NCBI GenBank assembly: GCA_963779615.1
Contig: CAVZZA010000003.1
Location: 640,001 to 704,000 of the forward strand
Direction of reading: 5' to 3'
Origin: an uncultured Nitrososphaeraceae archaeon
Lineage (GTDB): Archaea > Thermoproteota > Nitrososphaeria > Nitrososphaerales > Nitrososphaeraceae
Length of the DNA: 64,000 nucleotides
Both the position numbers and the translations under genes were made by a program. Each line of letters begins with the position of its first letter. Positions within the stretch are counted from its first letter, which is position 1. Below are positions 11,016 to 22,035 of the stretch, in pieces. The notes beneath the pieces were generated by a model. It saw only the letters and a program-made list of their open reading frames with translations. It was not told where the DNA came from and did not search any database.

Positions 11016-11795
11016 GTGTTTATAATGTTTAATGTGTCTGATAACTTAAAGAGGCTAATGAACAGAAAAACCGGCTCGGTGTTCATTGAGGAGCCATCAC
11101 GATCTAAAACTATCCCCGAGCAATCAAAAGAGTTTTTTTCAAAGATCTATGGGCTGAACTTGTTGAAAGAAAACATATACAGGGTACTCCTTGCAACGGA
11201 GCAGGTTAATGTATTGTTAATTGGACCTCCTGCCACTTCAAAGACTTTATTCATGGAGCAAATACAGGAAAAATGCAATGATGTCTGCTACTTTGACGCC
11301 TCAAATACTACCGGCGCCGGGTTTTTGGAATGCCTAAACCTACACCAAAGAGCAAAGGTATTGATAATCGATGAAGTTGACAAGCTTAGAAAAAATGATT
11401 TAAACTCATTGCTGGGACTGTTGAACAATGGCAGAATTAACAAAAACCTAAAAGAACTGACTTACAATTTTTCTATGCAATGTAAAATATTCGCAACATC
11501 AAACAGCAATACAAAGCTTACAAAACCCATGCGCTCACGCTTCCAGGAGTACCACTTGCCAGAGTATTCTGATGATGAGTACATAGAGGTAGTAAAGTTC
11601 TGCCTTGCCGAAAAGATAACGGATGTGACTGCAGAAATCATAGCAAAAATTCTGCTTGTGCATGAAAGAAAAGATGCAAGAGCAGCAATATCCATTAGCA
11701 ATCTGCTTCAAAGGGGCGACACGATGGATGATATAGCCCGTGTGGTAGAAACATGGTTAAACCACAAGAGCCAGGACACAATAGACTATAATTAA
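11016..11795 (+). CDS. AAA+ ATPase (RuvB/MCM-like compact type)
   Basis: Walker A GPPATSKT, Walker B IIDEVD, sensor ATSN, arginine finger RSRF; true start may be ATG 11058. Confidence 0.85.
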   Translation: MFIMFNVSDNLKRLMNRKTGSVFIEEPSRSKTIPEQSKEFFSKIYGLNLLKENIYRVLLATEQVNVLLIGPPATSKTLFMEQIQEKCNDVCYFDASNTTGAGFLECLNLHQRAKVLIIDEVDKLRKNDLNSLLGLLNNGRINKNLKELTYNFSMQCKIFATSNSNTKLTKPMRSRFQEYHLPEYSDDEYIEVVKFCLAEKITDVTAEIIAKILLVHERKDARAAISISNLLQRGDTMDDIARVVETWLNHKSQDTIDYN

Positions 11796-11818
11796 TTAAA
11801 AAAGGTAAAAGAGACTCA

Positions 11819-12754
11819 GAGCCTATACCAAAAATCGATAGAATTATAGCTTATTATCCTTTTCATCCACTTGTGACATCGGCCCATCATAAGAACAAGA
11901 ATAAACACACCATCAGAGATTCCAGATGAATCATGGGATGAAATAAGTACCATTTTACCCAAGGAAAAACATGATAACGCGATTGGTCGTCCAATTGTTC
12001 CCTACAGAAAAGTGATGGACGGCATTGTTTATGTTCTTGGAACCGGAGGCCAGTGGAAAATGCTACCCAAAGAATACGGTTCTGGCTCCACATGCCACAG
12101 AAGATTCCAGGAATGGATCCATCAGATATTTTCAAAAAGATGTGGATTAGGTTGTTGGAATCATATGACCGCAAAAAAGGAATCAAGTGGACATGACAAT
12201 CGATTCACAGCATATCGGCATGTCGCCCTTGGGGGGGGCAATGACCGGTAACAATCCCACTGACAGAGGCAAACTGGGCACAAAAAGGCACATTTTGACA
12301 GTCAAGAAATGTATCCCGCTCTCAGTTGTCATATAATCAGCCAACTCTCATGACATAAAGTTGGTAGATAATGTTATTGACAATACGGTTGTTAAGCGAC
12401 CTTCTTCTTTTTCATCACAAAGCTATGATGAAAAGAGAAACAAACACCATCATTTATGCCTTGATAAAGCGTACATCTTCAAATCCGCAAAACAAGAAAT
12501 TATCAAAAGAGGGCATATGCTTCAAATTATTTGCAAATGGAAAAGAGGAGAAAAAGCCAAGATGAAAACAGATGACACATGCCTCCGAAAACGATATCCT
12601 GCAAGAAGGTGTGTAGTAAAGAGAACCAATTCATGGCACAACAGGCTCAGGAAACTGTTCACAAGATATTTAAAGAATGCAGAGAACTACCTTGGCTTAG
12701 TGCATCTATCATGCAGTATCATAATCTACAGAAAGATAATTTTGGCACGGGCTC
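11819..12754 (+). mobile_element. IS5-family insertion sequence with degenerate transposase
   Basis: Imperfect TIR GAGCCTATACCAAAA / TTTTGGCACGGGCTC flanked by TCA/TAA; fragments DGIVYVLGTGGQWKMLPKEYGSGSTCHRRFQEW, LCLDKAY, RTNSWHNRLRKL. Confidence 0.88.
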
Positions 12755-12798
12755 TAAGTTCAAAAAATATATTTATTAAAAAAATAGACTATATTCGT

Positions 12799-12960
12799 CT
12801 AATCAGAATTGGTTTCATTTTTTGGATTTTGTTTCTTCTTTATACTTTCTGATACGGTTTGATCTTCTATTTCTTCTTCGTTATATTCTTCAGATTTTCC
12901 TACAAGATTGGATTCTTCGTCCGCAAATTCATTCTCTCCCCTATTGTCGATAGATGACAT
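12799..12960 (-). CDS. small acidic hypothetical protein (53 aa)
   Basis: ATG..TAG ORF MSSIDNRGENEFADEESNLVGKSEEYNEEEIEDQ...; below the track cutoff, AT-rich promoter-like region upstream. Confidence 0.45.
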   Translation of the reverse strand: MSSIDNRGENEFADEESNLVGKSEEYNEEEIEDQTVSESIKKKQNPKNETNSD

Positions 12961-13217
12961 AACAATTCTTGTTTTAAAAGGGTATTATACTTTTCATGGA
13001 TTAAATCGATATAAAAAAAACAGATTTATTTTACACCAATGTCAGAGGACACTAAAACCTTAACATAATTTTTCTTAACTTTCCATGTTATCTCAAGTAT
13101 ACATCTAACTAAAAAAACTTTGGTGATGATTGTCCGACATCACCCTATAAACGATGCAAAGTTATTTTATCATCATAGTTACTGATATAGATATTAATAT
13201 TAATTTGAAAAAATAAA

Positions 13218-13736
13218 TCATGATTTTAGTTGGACCTTTGATTTTAAAAGCATTCCACCTGCCACCAAGAAAGCCAAACCACCTAGAATTAAAAACGCCA
13301 AATCAAATGCAAATGGATCTGCAACATCTATAACATGATGCATTTCCAATATATGATGATTAACTACTCCTTCAACAGTGTTAAAACCACCAAGACCAAT
13401 AAAGATTAATCCCAGAAATAGCCATTTATTTGAAAGTATAGAATTTTTACCATTGGAACTGGAGGCATACCAAAGAATGACAATCCCAGAAATTGTTATT
13501 ATCAAAGAGAATGCAAGAAACACTCCATCATATGCAATATTCATTTGCAATGACTCCATTGTGTTGGGGATGATTTTATGAGACGCGGTGTGATGCCATT
13601 GCAGTATCTCGTGGAATATAATGATGTCTATCAATCCCGCAAGGCCTATTCCAATTAGAATGGCAGAGACAGCAGATTTTCTCTTGCTTGCAATTTCTCC
13701 ATATCTATAATTATTCTCTTTAGCATTATTGGCCAT
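13218..13736 (-). CDS. DUF2243-family membrane protein
   Basis: GLAGLIDIIIFHEILQWHH and EGVVNHHILEMHHV His-rich motifs, four TM segments. Confidence 0.85.
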   Translation of the reverse strand: MANNAKENNYRYGEIASKRKSAVSAILIGIGLAGLIDIIIFHEILQWHHTASHKIIPNTMESLQMNIAYDGVFLAFSLIITISGIVILWYASSSNGKNSILSNKWLFLGLIFIGLGGFNTVEGVVNHHILEMHHVIDVADPFAFDLAFLILGGLAFLVAGGMLLKSKVQLKS

Positions 13737-13898
13737 TGGTTAATGACACATAAGTAACATGCTATTTATAAGTAAAGTAAAAATGGCAAGTTTCAGCATC
13801 AATACACAAAATTGCAGTATGCATATACACGGAAGTTATCGAGTCAAATGACGACCTTACCAAATAATGATTAAATACATCTGAAACAAAATTTTAAT

Positions 13899-14657
13899 GT
13901 GAAATTTCTTCTTTTTGCTATTTTATTGATCGCATCTCCAATTCTTATTAATATGAACATTAATCTTCAGCATTCTGATTCAAGGTGTTCAAATGGCACA
14001 CACAAAAGCCCTAGCGGCGATTGTGAAAAAATAACACAAAGCAAAGAAAAACCCAAGTGTCCAAATGGTTATCACATAAGCCCTGACGGTGATTGCGAAG
14101 AGGCAAAGAGAGGTAATGATGGTCTTAAAGATACAACATATGACAAAACAAATAAAAAAAGCAATTACAATAACGGATACGATAAAAATTACAACCCCAT
14201 TATCAAAGAAGGAAGTGGTGCAGGATCAATCAATACAAATGCACCCCCTCTGATAAATACTAAATATGGTAATGTCTCAGACGATTGTCTAGGAAAGGCA
14301 GATTGTTTTACAGGAGTGGTTACAAAGGTAGTGGATGGGGATACTGTTGATGTCAATGACGTCAGGGTAAGGTTGGCATTAGTAAACACTGCTGAGAGAG
14401 GAGAACCCAAATACACAGAAGCAACAGAATTTGTTAAGAGTGTTTGCGGCATTGGGGCCAAAGCTTTGGTTGATGAAGATGACGGGCAACCAAACGGAAG
14501 TTATAACCGAATGGTTGGTCTTGTTTATTGCGGGCAGGACAAAACATCATTAAATCAGCAATTACTTCAAAATGGCTATGCAAAAATACTCGAACAATAT
14601 TGCAGCACTAGTGAATTTTCTAAACAAACATGGGCATTTACATATGGGTGTAGGTGA
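13899..14657 (+). CDS. secreted thermonuclease (SNase) family protein with Cys-rich N-terminal repeats
   Basis: Signal peptide; KVVDGDTV, RVRLALVNTAE, YNRMVGLVY, LNQQLLQNGYA; two C-x-NG-x-H-x-SP-x-GDCE repeats. Confidence 0.85.
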   Translation: MKFLLFAILLIASPILINMNINLQHSDSRCSNGTHKSPSGDCEKITQSKEKPKCPNGYHISPDGDCEEAKRGNDGLKDTTYDKTNKKSNYNNGYDKNYNPIIKEGSGAGSINTNAPPLINTKYGNVSDDCLGKADCFTGVVTKVVDGDTVDVNDVRVRLALVNTAERGEPKYTEATEFVKSVCGIGAKALVDEDDGQPNGSYNRMVGLVYCGQDKTSLNQQLLQNGYAKILEQYCSTSEFSKQTWAFTYGCR

Positions 14658-15019
14658 CTAAGGTAAATGCAGAAATCCGGGCAGCAGCATGATAAAATAA
14701 GCAAATAGTAAAAGAGATACTAACATCACACAATCGAAAAACATGATAACTCAATGCAAGCAATTTAATACCCCATTCATTTTGAGGTATCACGTTACTG
14801 AATTTTCCAAATTCAAGAATAGATGCTTTGGATTTTTAAAAAAAAATTAAATATAAAAGAATAACATTTTGTCATACAACTGTATTATATTTACGATAAT
14901 TCAAAATACGGGTATAGAAATAAAAAATAACACGTAATTGCGGAATTCTTATATATTTTGTCTGATATCTAAATCTATCGAACAATATACTTTTTGTATT
15001 TTGTTTAACCCCAACAATA

Positions 15020-15583
15020 ATGATTGCATCACCCATGTTATCAGTTTATGGAGCTAGCAGGGATTCCCCTGACATAGAAAAAGCCACAGTCTCAACAGAT
15101 CCCCATGAAATGGAAGCCATACTCAAAACACATGGTCATATATCAACAAACGGTGATGATGGTGCATTTGGATACGGTGTACTAACTAAAGAAGGATTAG
15201 ATGCAGCAAATGTTAGCACAACACACAAAGGTGTGAAAGACAGCGAGGAACAAAAGAATAAAGACGATCCTGTTTGGCATAATCATTTTGTCACATTATC
15301 AGATGATTCTAGCAAATGTGGCAAGGATCTTCAAGTCGAAAAAATAACCTTTGAATCACCAGGTGACGTCAATGTTAACGGAAAGACTGCAGAACTAACA
15401 AACACCCCATCCAAATTCACAGGAAAGGATGCATTGAGTAGTGACAAATTGACATTGAAGCCAGGAACCGATGCCAGGGATGTTGTCTCATTCAAATTAG
15501 ATCCGAAATTTAAAAATGACGGCGAATTAGAGGCAGTATGTGTTACCGATGTCCAACCAGCTGATAAAGTAGTAGTCCAATAA
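15020..15583 (+). CDS. exported hypothetical protein
   Basis: 187-aa ORF with protein-like composition, WHNH motif and two Cys; hydrophobic stretch at and before the start, so the start is uncertain. Confidence 0.7.
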   Translation: MIASPMLSVYGASRDSPDIEKATVSTDPHEMEAILKTHGHISTNGDDGAFGYGVLTKEGLDAANVSTTHKGVKDSEEQKNKDDPVWHNHFVTLSDDSSKCGKDLQVEKITFESPGDVNVNGKTAELTNTPSKFTGKDALSSDKLTLKPGTDARDVVSFKLDPKFKNDGELEAVCVTDVQPADKVVVQ

Positions 15584-16000
15584 AAACTTCATTTTCGCTC
15601 TCTTTATTTTATCCTTAATATTTTATTTCCAGTAAAAAAACTATGTGGTTTGGTTAATGAAACACAATATAGGGATCATTATGTGTATTTTACAATTATT
15701 ACATTATGATATCTTATAAAGAAACAAACAAGTTAAAATTTTTCACATTCGGCACATGTTTACCCAAAAATACCATCTTAGCGGCTGTTAAGGCAATACA
15801 ATAACATTGTTTTGATTTATTAGACTAATGCTGCTAACATTCAACAAATAAAGAGATGGGCAGAAACTTTTGATTTACAAAAAAGCAGAGCACGGGATCG
15901 TGTATTCTTAAAGCGTTACCATAACCTTGACGAAGGTTAAATCGTATTTGTGAGGATTTCATAAAATAATGGAACATGGGTTTAGTCTTGAATGTCCTTG

Positions 16001-16177
16001 TTATTCAAAATTTGAATGAATTATCCTAAAGTCTATACCTTGCTCATACAATCCTTTGCTAATGATTTTTACAATCCCTTCTTTCACATTATCGTACCGG
16101 CTTTTATCTTTGATTATATCCTCTGGTATGTCTACCTCTAATTCCAATGTTAATTTAACTTTACTGGCATTTACCAT
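16001..16177 (-). CDS. small hypothetical protein (58 aa)
   Basis: MVNASKVKLTLELEVDIPEDIIKDKSRYDNVKEGIVKIISKGLYEQGIDFRIIHSNFE, globular beta-alpha-beta-like pattern, with tttata TATA-like box upstream. Confidence 0.6.
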   Translation of the reverse strand: MVNASKVKLTLELEVDIPEDIIKDKSRYDNVKEGIVKIISKGLYEQGIDFRIIHSNFE

Positions 16178-16786
16178 AATGATTATCTATGAATATAAAG
16201 TATTTAAAACAACATCAAACTTCATTGTTGCAGAAAACAGTGAATGGGCATAGGCATATTTTTTATTTAATTTACATCAAGAATGAAACAGACATACAGG
16301 TACAGAAATTTTTATTTGTTAACAGTTTTATAAAATAATTATAAAAAAAATAAAATATTGAAATACCTCAATCATTTTCAACCATCATGTATTTTATTAT
16401 TAGTTGTTACGGGGCTTCTTTGCGCTACAGTAAAAGCGGTTCTTTCCAAATAGCCGGAAGGTTTTGCACCCATCCGTTGTGCACTATTGGAAATTTCAAA
16501 GGATTCAACTTGATTGATAAAAGCATTAGATATGGAGCATTGACCCCTCTTGCCTTAAAAGATATTTAAATGATCAATGCATCATATGTAAATGGAAAGA
16601 ATGTCCCCAGTTTATCATACTAATAATTAGAGAAGATTACCATAGAAATATCGCAAATATATAAAAAACAAAAAAAATGACTGTTTTCTTTACATTTAGG
16701 CGGATTGAAGACCAAAGTTATCCTCACCTTTTCGCATTATTTTTTACATGGTTTGCAAATATTGCCCCGATAAATTTATCCTGGTC

Positions 16787-17429
16787 CTATGGTCCGCCTG
16801 GTGTAAGCCCAGAGGTTATACCTATTGTGTTGATAATTGTGCATATTTGGGACTCTTCACTAGCTATTGTGCCTGTTGCGTTTTGGAAAGTATCCAGATC
16901 GGTAAATTTTGCAGTGACAATGTCCTTCAGCAGTTGTTGAAATTGTTCCAGTGGTTGCCTCACCAAGCTGATTTTCAAGGTTCGAGGTGTCGAAAGGAGT
17001 TTCAGATACCGAATAGGCCCCTGGATACAGTGTAACTTTAGTTCCATTGGTTGAGCCCTGGAAACTAATGGACGAGTTATCTCCGGCTACGGTTAATGTG
17101 AATTGACTTGGATATACACTACCCAAAACAAATTGGCAAACTGCATTGTTCGAGGGCAAACCTAAATCAGAATTACACCGAACAACTGTGTTTACTAAAA
17201 GTGTAGCCGAATCCCTTGGTGTTGTTGTTGGCGTAGTTGAAATTAATTCACCTGATTCATAAGTTGAATTTGATTCTTGTTTTTTTAAAAAGGTATTGTT
17301 TTCGTTTTGTGCATTGACAGAATTTATTTTAGCATCCTCAAAATTGGGAGGGCTAGAGGCCATCATTACCAATGTTGCCCCAATTGCAACAAAACACATC
17401 AATATTTTATACATTAATATACTAACCAT
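16787..17429 (-). pseudogene. secreted Ig/prealbumin-like domain protein with a single frameshift near 16915
   Basis: Signal peptide, FQGSTNGTKVTLYPGAYSVSET; after TTAEGHC the frame shifts to ..ATGTIASEESQICTIINTI. May be intact if the frameshift is an assembly error. Confidence 0.65.
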
Positions 17430-17882
17430 AAAAAATAATGTTTTTATACTTTTAATAGTGGTTATGGTTTTGTTTTATGTTTACTTCACCAATAACAAAT
17501 TGAAAGGATTGATAATAATGAAGATAACCCCACCATAAAGATAACCTCCATTCATTATGGAGATTTCATAAATTGATGGCAATAACTACTAAAATCTACA
17601 ATAATTAAACACACCAACATTAAAGTAAGCAGACAGACACAAAGGAAAGTTTCAAGAGAAAAGAGAAGAAATACAAACATTTGAATTCACATGCAGTGAG
17701 ATCCAATCAAGGCAGAAGACCACCTATATGTTTGTTTGAAAAATAAGGGATCCATTAAAGAAGGGTCATGTCATTCATAATTGCTCATTATTATCATCAT
17801 TTCAATTTGGTTTTGAATTTATTGTTAGAGTGGATACAAGGCATAAAAATTATTATATCAATTCACTAGGTTTTTAAAATAT

Positions 17883-18917
17883 ATGGATGTTACACCAAAC
17901 TCGCAAGGAATTATCAAGTTAGCATTCATAGTTTTAGTGTCTTTTTTTGTCATGAATATCCTAGCAGGCAATGTTATAGGACAGGCGGCAGCAGCAACAG
18001 CAACATCTCAAATGCAAGTACAACAACCGCCACAACAAACAACCATTCAAAACAAGGAAAACATTGCAAAACTATTGGCTGACATGACAAAGCAAAGGCT
18101 TGATGACGCGAAAACCATTCTTGAAATCACCAGTAAAGACCCTACAGTAAAAAATGTACCTTACGCAAATAACATAAGCAAAACATACATGGGTATTCCT
18201 GAAAACCTCGATACAGCAAAGAGAAATGTGGCTAAAGAGATTCTTCATGACAACAAGGATTTCGGAAGCATATATTTTACCATGCCAAATGGGGATGTTT
18301 ACGTTGGCGAGCCTTACTCGGACCAAAAGCAGCTTCCAAGGCTTAACTTTGCGGATAGGGAATGGTATAAGGGAGTAACATCTGCAAGCAATGACAATAA
18401 AGCATATACAAGTTCTGTATTTATTTCCGCCTCCATTAATTTGCCCGCAACAGCTATTGCGGTACCGGTGTATGCTACTGGCGACAAAGATGACAAAAAC
18501 CCCCCGAACACAAGCGACCGGTTATTAGGGTATTGGGTAGGGATAGTTGATTTAAACAGCGTGAGCGAAAGCATCAAGAATATTGATTTTGGCAACAATG
18601 AACAAATAATCATTGTTGATCACAATGGCAATGCGTTAGTTGATTCCAATTCCAGCAATTATGAAAAAAACAATACCAACATCAATTCTCCTTCTTCATC
18701 TTCATCTTCTTTGCTAGTCCCTAACTCAACGGGTAATGGCCATGATCAACAACAACAATTAGCATCATATTCCAATCTTGAAAGCGTTAAAAAAGCACTG
18801 AGTGGAAAAAATGGTACAAATGTCGAATCTATAAATGGCATAAAGTTACTTACAGCATACCAACCGATACAGGTAGGCAATCACAATTGGGGAGTCGTGC
18901 TAATCACCAAAATATAA
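17883..18917 (+). CDS. stand-alone extracellular Cache (dCache) sensor-domain protein
   Basis: N-terminal TM/signal; NFADREWYKGV, YTSSVFISAS..PATAIAVPV, IIIVDHNGNALV, AYQPI..NWGVVL; no kinase or MCP domain follows. Confidence 0.85.
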   Translation: MDVTPNSQGIIKLAFIVLVSFFVMNILAGNVIGQAAAATATSQMQVQQPPQQTTIQNKENIAKLLADMTKQRLDDAKTILEITSKDPTVKNVPYANNISKTYMGIPENLDTAKRNVAKEILHDNKDFGSIYFTMPNGDVYVGEPYSDQKQLPRLNFADREWYKGVTSASNDNKAYTSSVFISASINLPATAIAVPVYATGDKDDKNPPNTSDRLLGYWVGIVDLNSVSESIKNIDFGNNEQIIIVDHNGNALVDSNSSNYEKNNTNINSPSSSSSSLLVPNSTGNGHDQQQQLASYSNLESVKKALSGKNGTNVESINGIKLLTAYQPIQVGNHNWGVVLITKI

Positions 18918-19323
18918 TACGACTTTTTTTGACCAATTTTATCAAACCCCCCAAAATCTTTGGTTTTATGTACGCAAGCTGCCATAGCAATACAAAAGTC
19001 TTAATGGCCTACATCTTCACCGCCTCCATTTTTATGTTTTCGATTACCCCGGACTACGAGTAACCGCCAGTTGCATTGCATTATGTATCAATGGCATCAT
19101 GATACTTGTTGACGACATCATTTGAGAGACAGACAATATTGAAAGAACTATTTTGACATCGCAACGACTTTGTTAAAATATAACTCTTCAAATAAAGGCA
19201 AAAAGGCAGTCTGGAGCAAAATATTACAACAGCATATATCCAAATGAAAAATCATTGTAATGCTGCTGAACTCCATGCATATTTATTAATTCAATCTATA
19301 AAATGTTTATTAGGTAAATACAC

Positions 19324-19346
19324 TTTGCCTAGGCTAACATTTATAA
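19324..19346 (+). promoter_or_regulatory. putative DtxR/MntR operator palindrome directly upstream of the TATA box of the MCO-ZIP-DtxR operon
   Basis: Near-perfect palindrome TTTGCCTAGGCTAA (19324-19337), then TTTATAA (19340-19346) about 25 bp before the start. Confidence 0.65.
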
Positions 19347-19370
19347 TCTCGTTTAACTAAAATGATTTAG

Positions 19371-20573
19371 TTGTCAAAATCACGAATAATACTGATGTCC
19401 ATTTTTGCATTATCTATTCTAAGTACAGTAATGGTTGTTCTTTTTTCAATTAATCAATCTAAATTCATTGCAGGAAAAGACTCGGATGCGGAACAAGGGG
19501 AAAAGAATGTAAAAATTGTTACTGGCGGACATGGAAGTGGACACAACTCCATCAAAACATCTGGAGATATCTTGAATTCAGTAAATGGGGATAATATGTC
19601 CAATAAAGACATAAACCCAATGAAATATTTAAGGGACTTTAATTATGGGCATGTTTCTAAAACAGAAAATGGAACAACCTTAAGAGAATTTACCATAATT
19701 GCACAGGATAAAAAACTGGAGATATCTCCGGGCGCATTTATGGACGCATGGACTTTCAATGGAACAATTCCCGGCCCAACTATTAGAGCAACAGAAGGGG
19801 ACTTGATAAAAATCAATTTTATAAACAACGGTTCAAAACCCCACACAATGCATTTCCATGGAATACACAAGTCAGAAATGGATGGCGTTTTGGATAATGT
19901 GGCACCGGGCGGTAAGTTTGTATATGAATTTACTGCAGAGCCTTTTGGAGTATTTCTCTATCATTGCCACGTACAGCCTTTAGAAGAACACCTTAACCGA
20001 GGTCTTTATGGAGCATATATTGTTGATCCCAAGACACCTCGTCCACCTGCCGACGAAATGGTTATGGTTATGAATGGATATGACACAGATTTTGATACTG
20101 AAAATAATTTTTACACCGTAAATGGTCTTCCCTTTTATTACATGAACAATCCAATTGATATTGAAAAGAACAAACTAATACGAATATATCTCATTAACAT
20201 GCTCGAGTTTGACCAAATAAATAATTTTCATTTGCATGCAAATCTTTTTAACTTTTATAGCACAGGAACCAGCTTAACCCCTAATGAATATACGGATATT
20301 GTAACAATGTCACAGGGTGATAGGGGCATAATGGAATTTACATACAAATATCCAGGTCCGTACATGTTTCACGCTCACAAGACAGAGTTTTCAGAAAAAG
20401 GTTGGGTAGGGAACTTTTTAGTAAAAGATGACTTGAGAGAACCAGATTTAACTACATTCAGCAAGGGTGAAAAAGCTGGCCTCATGATGGAACAGGAAAA
20501 AAACAATCGCAGTTCTGAAAACATTACAAATAAACCAAACAATCAAACAAATGGGGTGAATCTGAACCTATGA
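19371..20573 (+). CDS. two-domain multicopper oxidase (type C architecture), membrane-anchored or exported
   Basis: HTMHFHG, YHCHVQPLEEHLNRGL (T1 site in domain 1), FHLHAN, MFHAH (no Cys in domain 2). Confidence 0.9.
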   Translation: MSKSRIILMSIFALSILSTVMVVLFSINQSKFIAGKDSDAEQGEKNVKIVTGGHGSGHNSIKTSGDILNSVNGDNMSNKDINPMKYLRDFNYGHVSKTENGTTLREFTIIAQDKKLEISPGAFMDAWTFNGTIPGPTIRATEGDLIKINFINNGSKPHTMHFHGIHKSEMDGVLDNVAPGGKFVYEFTAEPFGVFLYHCHVQPLEEHLNRGLYGAYIVDPKTPRPPADEMVMVMNGYDTDFDTENNFYTVNGLPFYYMNNPIDIEKNKLIRIYLINMLEFDQINNFHLHANLFNFYSTGTSLTPNEYTDIVTMSQGDRGIMEFTYKYPGPYMFHAHKTEFSEKGWVGNFLVKDDLREPDLTTFSKGEKAGLMMEQEKNNRSSENITNKPNNQTNGVNLNL

Positions 20574-21961
20574 GCACAAAAAAAAACCCAAACCAGGAAA
20601 AGACAGTAAAAAAATCATCACCCCCCAGCAGGAAAAAAACAATCGTTATTGCAATAATTCCATTGTTGGCACTGTCTGGAATGATTGCATTTCTCTTTGG
20701 CCCGGGGCAGACACTCCTTAACACAGGAACTTCGCTTCCCAGTGTCACTATTGAAAGGATAGAATTTCATGAAGGTGAAATTATATCATTAATTAGAAAC
20801 ACAGGTCCAGAAACAATTGAAATTGCGCAAGCCGACGTAAATGATCGGATAACAGCAGCAGCAATAGAACCAGGCAAATCCCTGGCAAGATTTGCAGAGG
20901 CCAAAATCACAATACCTTTTCCTTGGGAGCCCGGTGTTCCCTATGAGGTTGGAATTACAACATCAGATGGAACAAGGTTTAGCAAGGGCATAGATGCAGC
21001 GGCTTTGGCCCCTACACCTGACATACAACAAGCATCATTTTTTGCCGTTATAGGAACCTATGTAGGGGTTATTCCGGTGTTAATAGGTCTTTTATGGTAC
21101 CCATTTATAAAAAGGCTGAGCGCAAACAAGTACAATTTTTTCCTCAGTTTGACTGCGGGCTTGTTGGTGTTTTTGGGCATAGACGCCCTTGTAGAGGCAA
21201 ACGAGATTGCCGGTGAAAACGTCGCCAAAGCGTTCAACGGCCAGGTCCTGATTGCAATGATCACCATTGTATCGTTCCTTGCGCTGCTATACATATCTGA
21301 AAAGCTTGTTGAACGCGCTTCGATTAGAAAACACTTTCGCCCTGCCAATCAATCAACAACAATAACAACAACAGCACCAAGCCCAACGTCAACGCTGTTA
21401 CCCGCTGCCGTGCCTCAACCAGTGTCTGAAAAAGAAATGATGGCAAAACCTATGGCAATATCATTAATGATATCAATAGGCATAGGTTTGCATAACCTCG
21501 GGGAAGGTTTGGCGATAGGCGCTGCAGTCCTACTGGGGCAGGTTGCATTCAGCACTTTTCTAATAGTGGGATTTACCCTGCACAACACAACAGAAGGCTT
21601 GGCGATAGTAGCCCCAATGGCCAAGGCAGGCAAAGTCAAGATACGAAAACTATTGCTGATGGGGCTAATAGCGGGAGCCCCTGCGATAGCAGGAACGTGG
21701 ATAGGCGGGTTCATGTATTCCCCCTTTGCGGCAATTATATTTTTGGCAGTAGGTGCAGGTGCAATATTTCAGGTGGTATTTTCCATTGCCTCCATGATGG
21801 CAAAAAATAACAGCAATAAAGGCAATAAAGGCAACATTGAGAACGGTATTGAGAACAATGAGAACAGTAGAAAACCACCTTTCCTAAGCACTTCTGTTAT
21901 TGCCGGATTTATAATAGGAATGGTTATAATGTATGTTACATCATTGCTGATACCATCTTGA
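20570..21961 (+). CDS. ZIP-family divalent metal transporter with N-terminal extracellular domain
   Basis: GIGLHNLGEGLAIG and FTLHNTTEGLAI ZIP signatures; 4-bp overlap with the MCO gene. Confidence 0.92.
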   Translation: MSTKKNPNQEKTVKKSSPPSRKKTIVIAIIPLLALSGMIAFLFGPGQTLLNTGTSLPSVTIERIEFHEGEIISLIRNTGPETIEIAQADVNDRITAAAIEPGKSLARFAEAKITIPFPWEPGVPYEVGITTSDGTRFSKGIDAAALAPTPDIQQASFFAVIGTYVGVIPVLIGLLWYPFIKRLSANKYNFFLSLTAGLLVFLGIDALVEANEIAGENVAKAFNGQVLIAMITIVSFLALLYISEKLVERASIRKHFRPANQSTTITTTAPSPTSTLLPAAVPQPVSEKEMMAKPMAISLMISIGIGLHNLGEGLAIGAAVLLGQVAFSTFLIVGFTLHNTTEGLAIVAPMAKAGKVKIRKLLLMGLIAGAPAIAGTWIGGFMYSPFAAIIFLAVGAGAIFQVVFSIASMMAKNNSNKGNKGNIENGIENNENSRKPPFLSTSVIAGFIIGMVIMYVTSLLIPS

Positions 21962-22035
21962 TGGTGCGTGTGATGAATATATGCGTATGACAAATCAACT
22001 AGAGAGTATAAAAAATAAGTGGAGGGCGAATATCA

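Noticed and set aside
19371-20573. Calling the copper protein NirK
   Set aside because: HCH plus HxH motifs in both domains indicate a trinuclear-site two-domain MCO, and the ZIP/DtxR context points to metal homeostasis.
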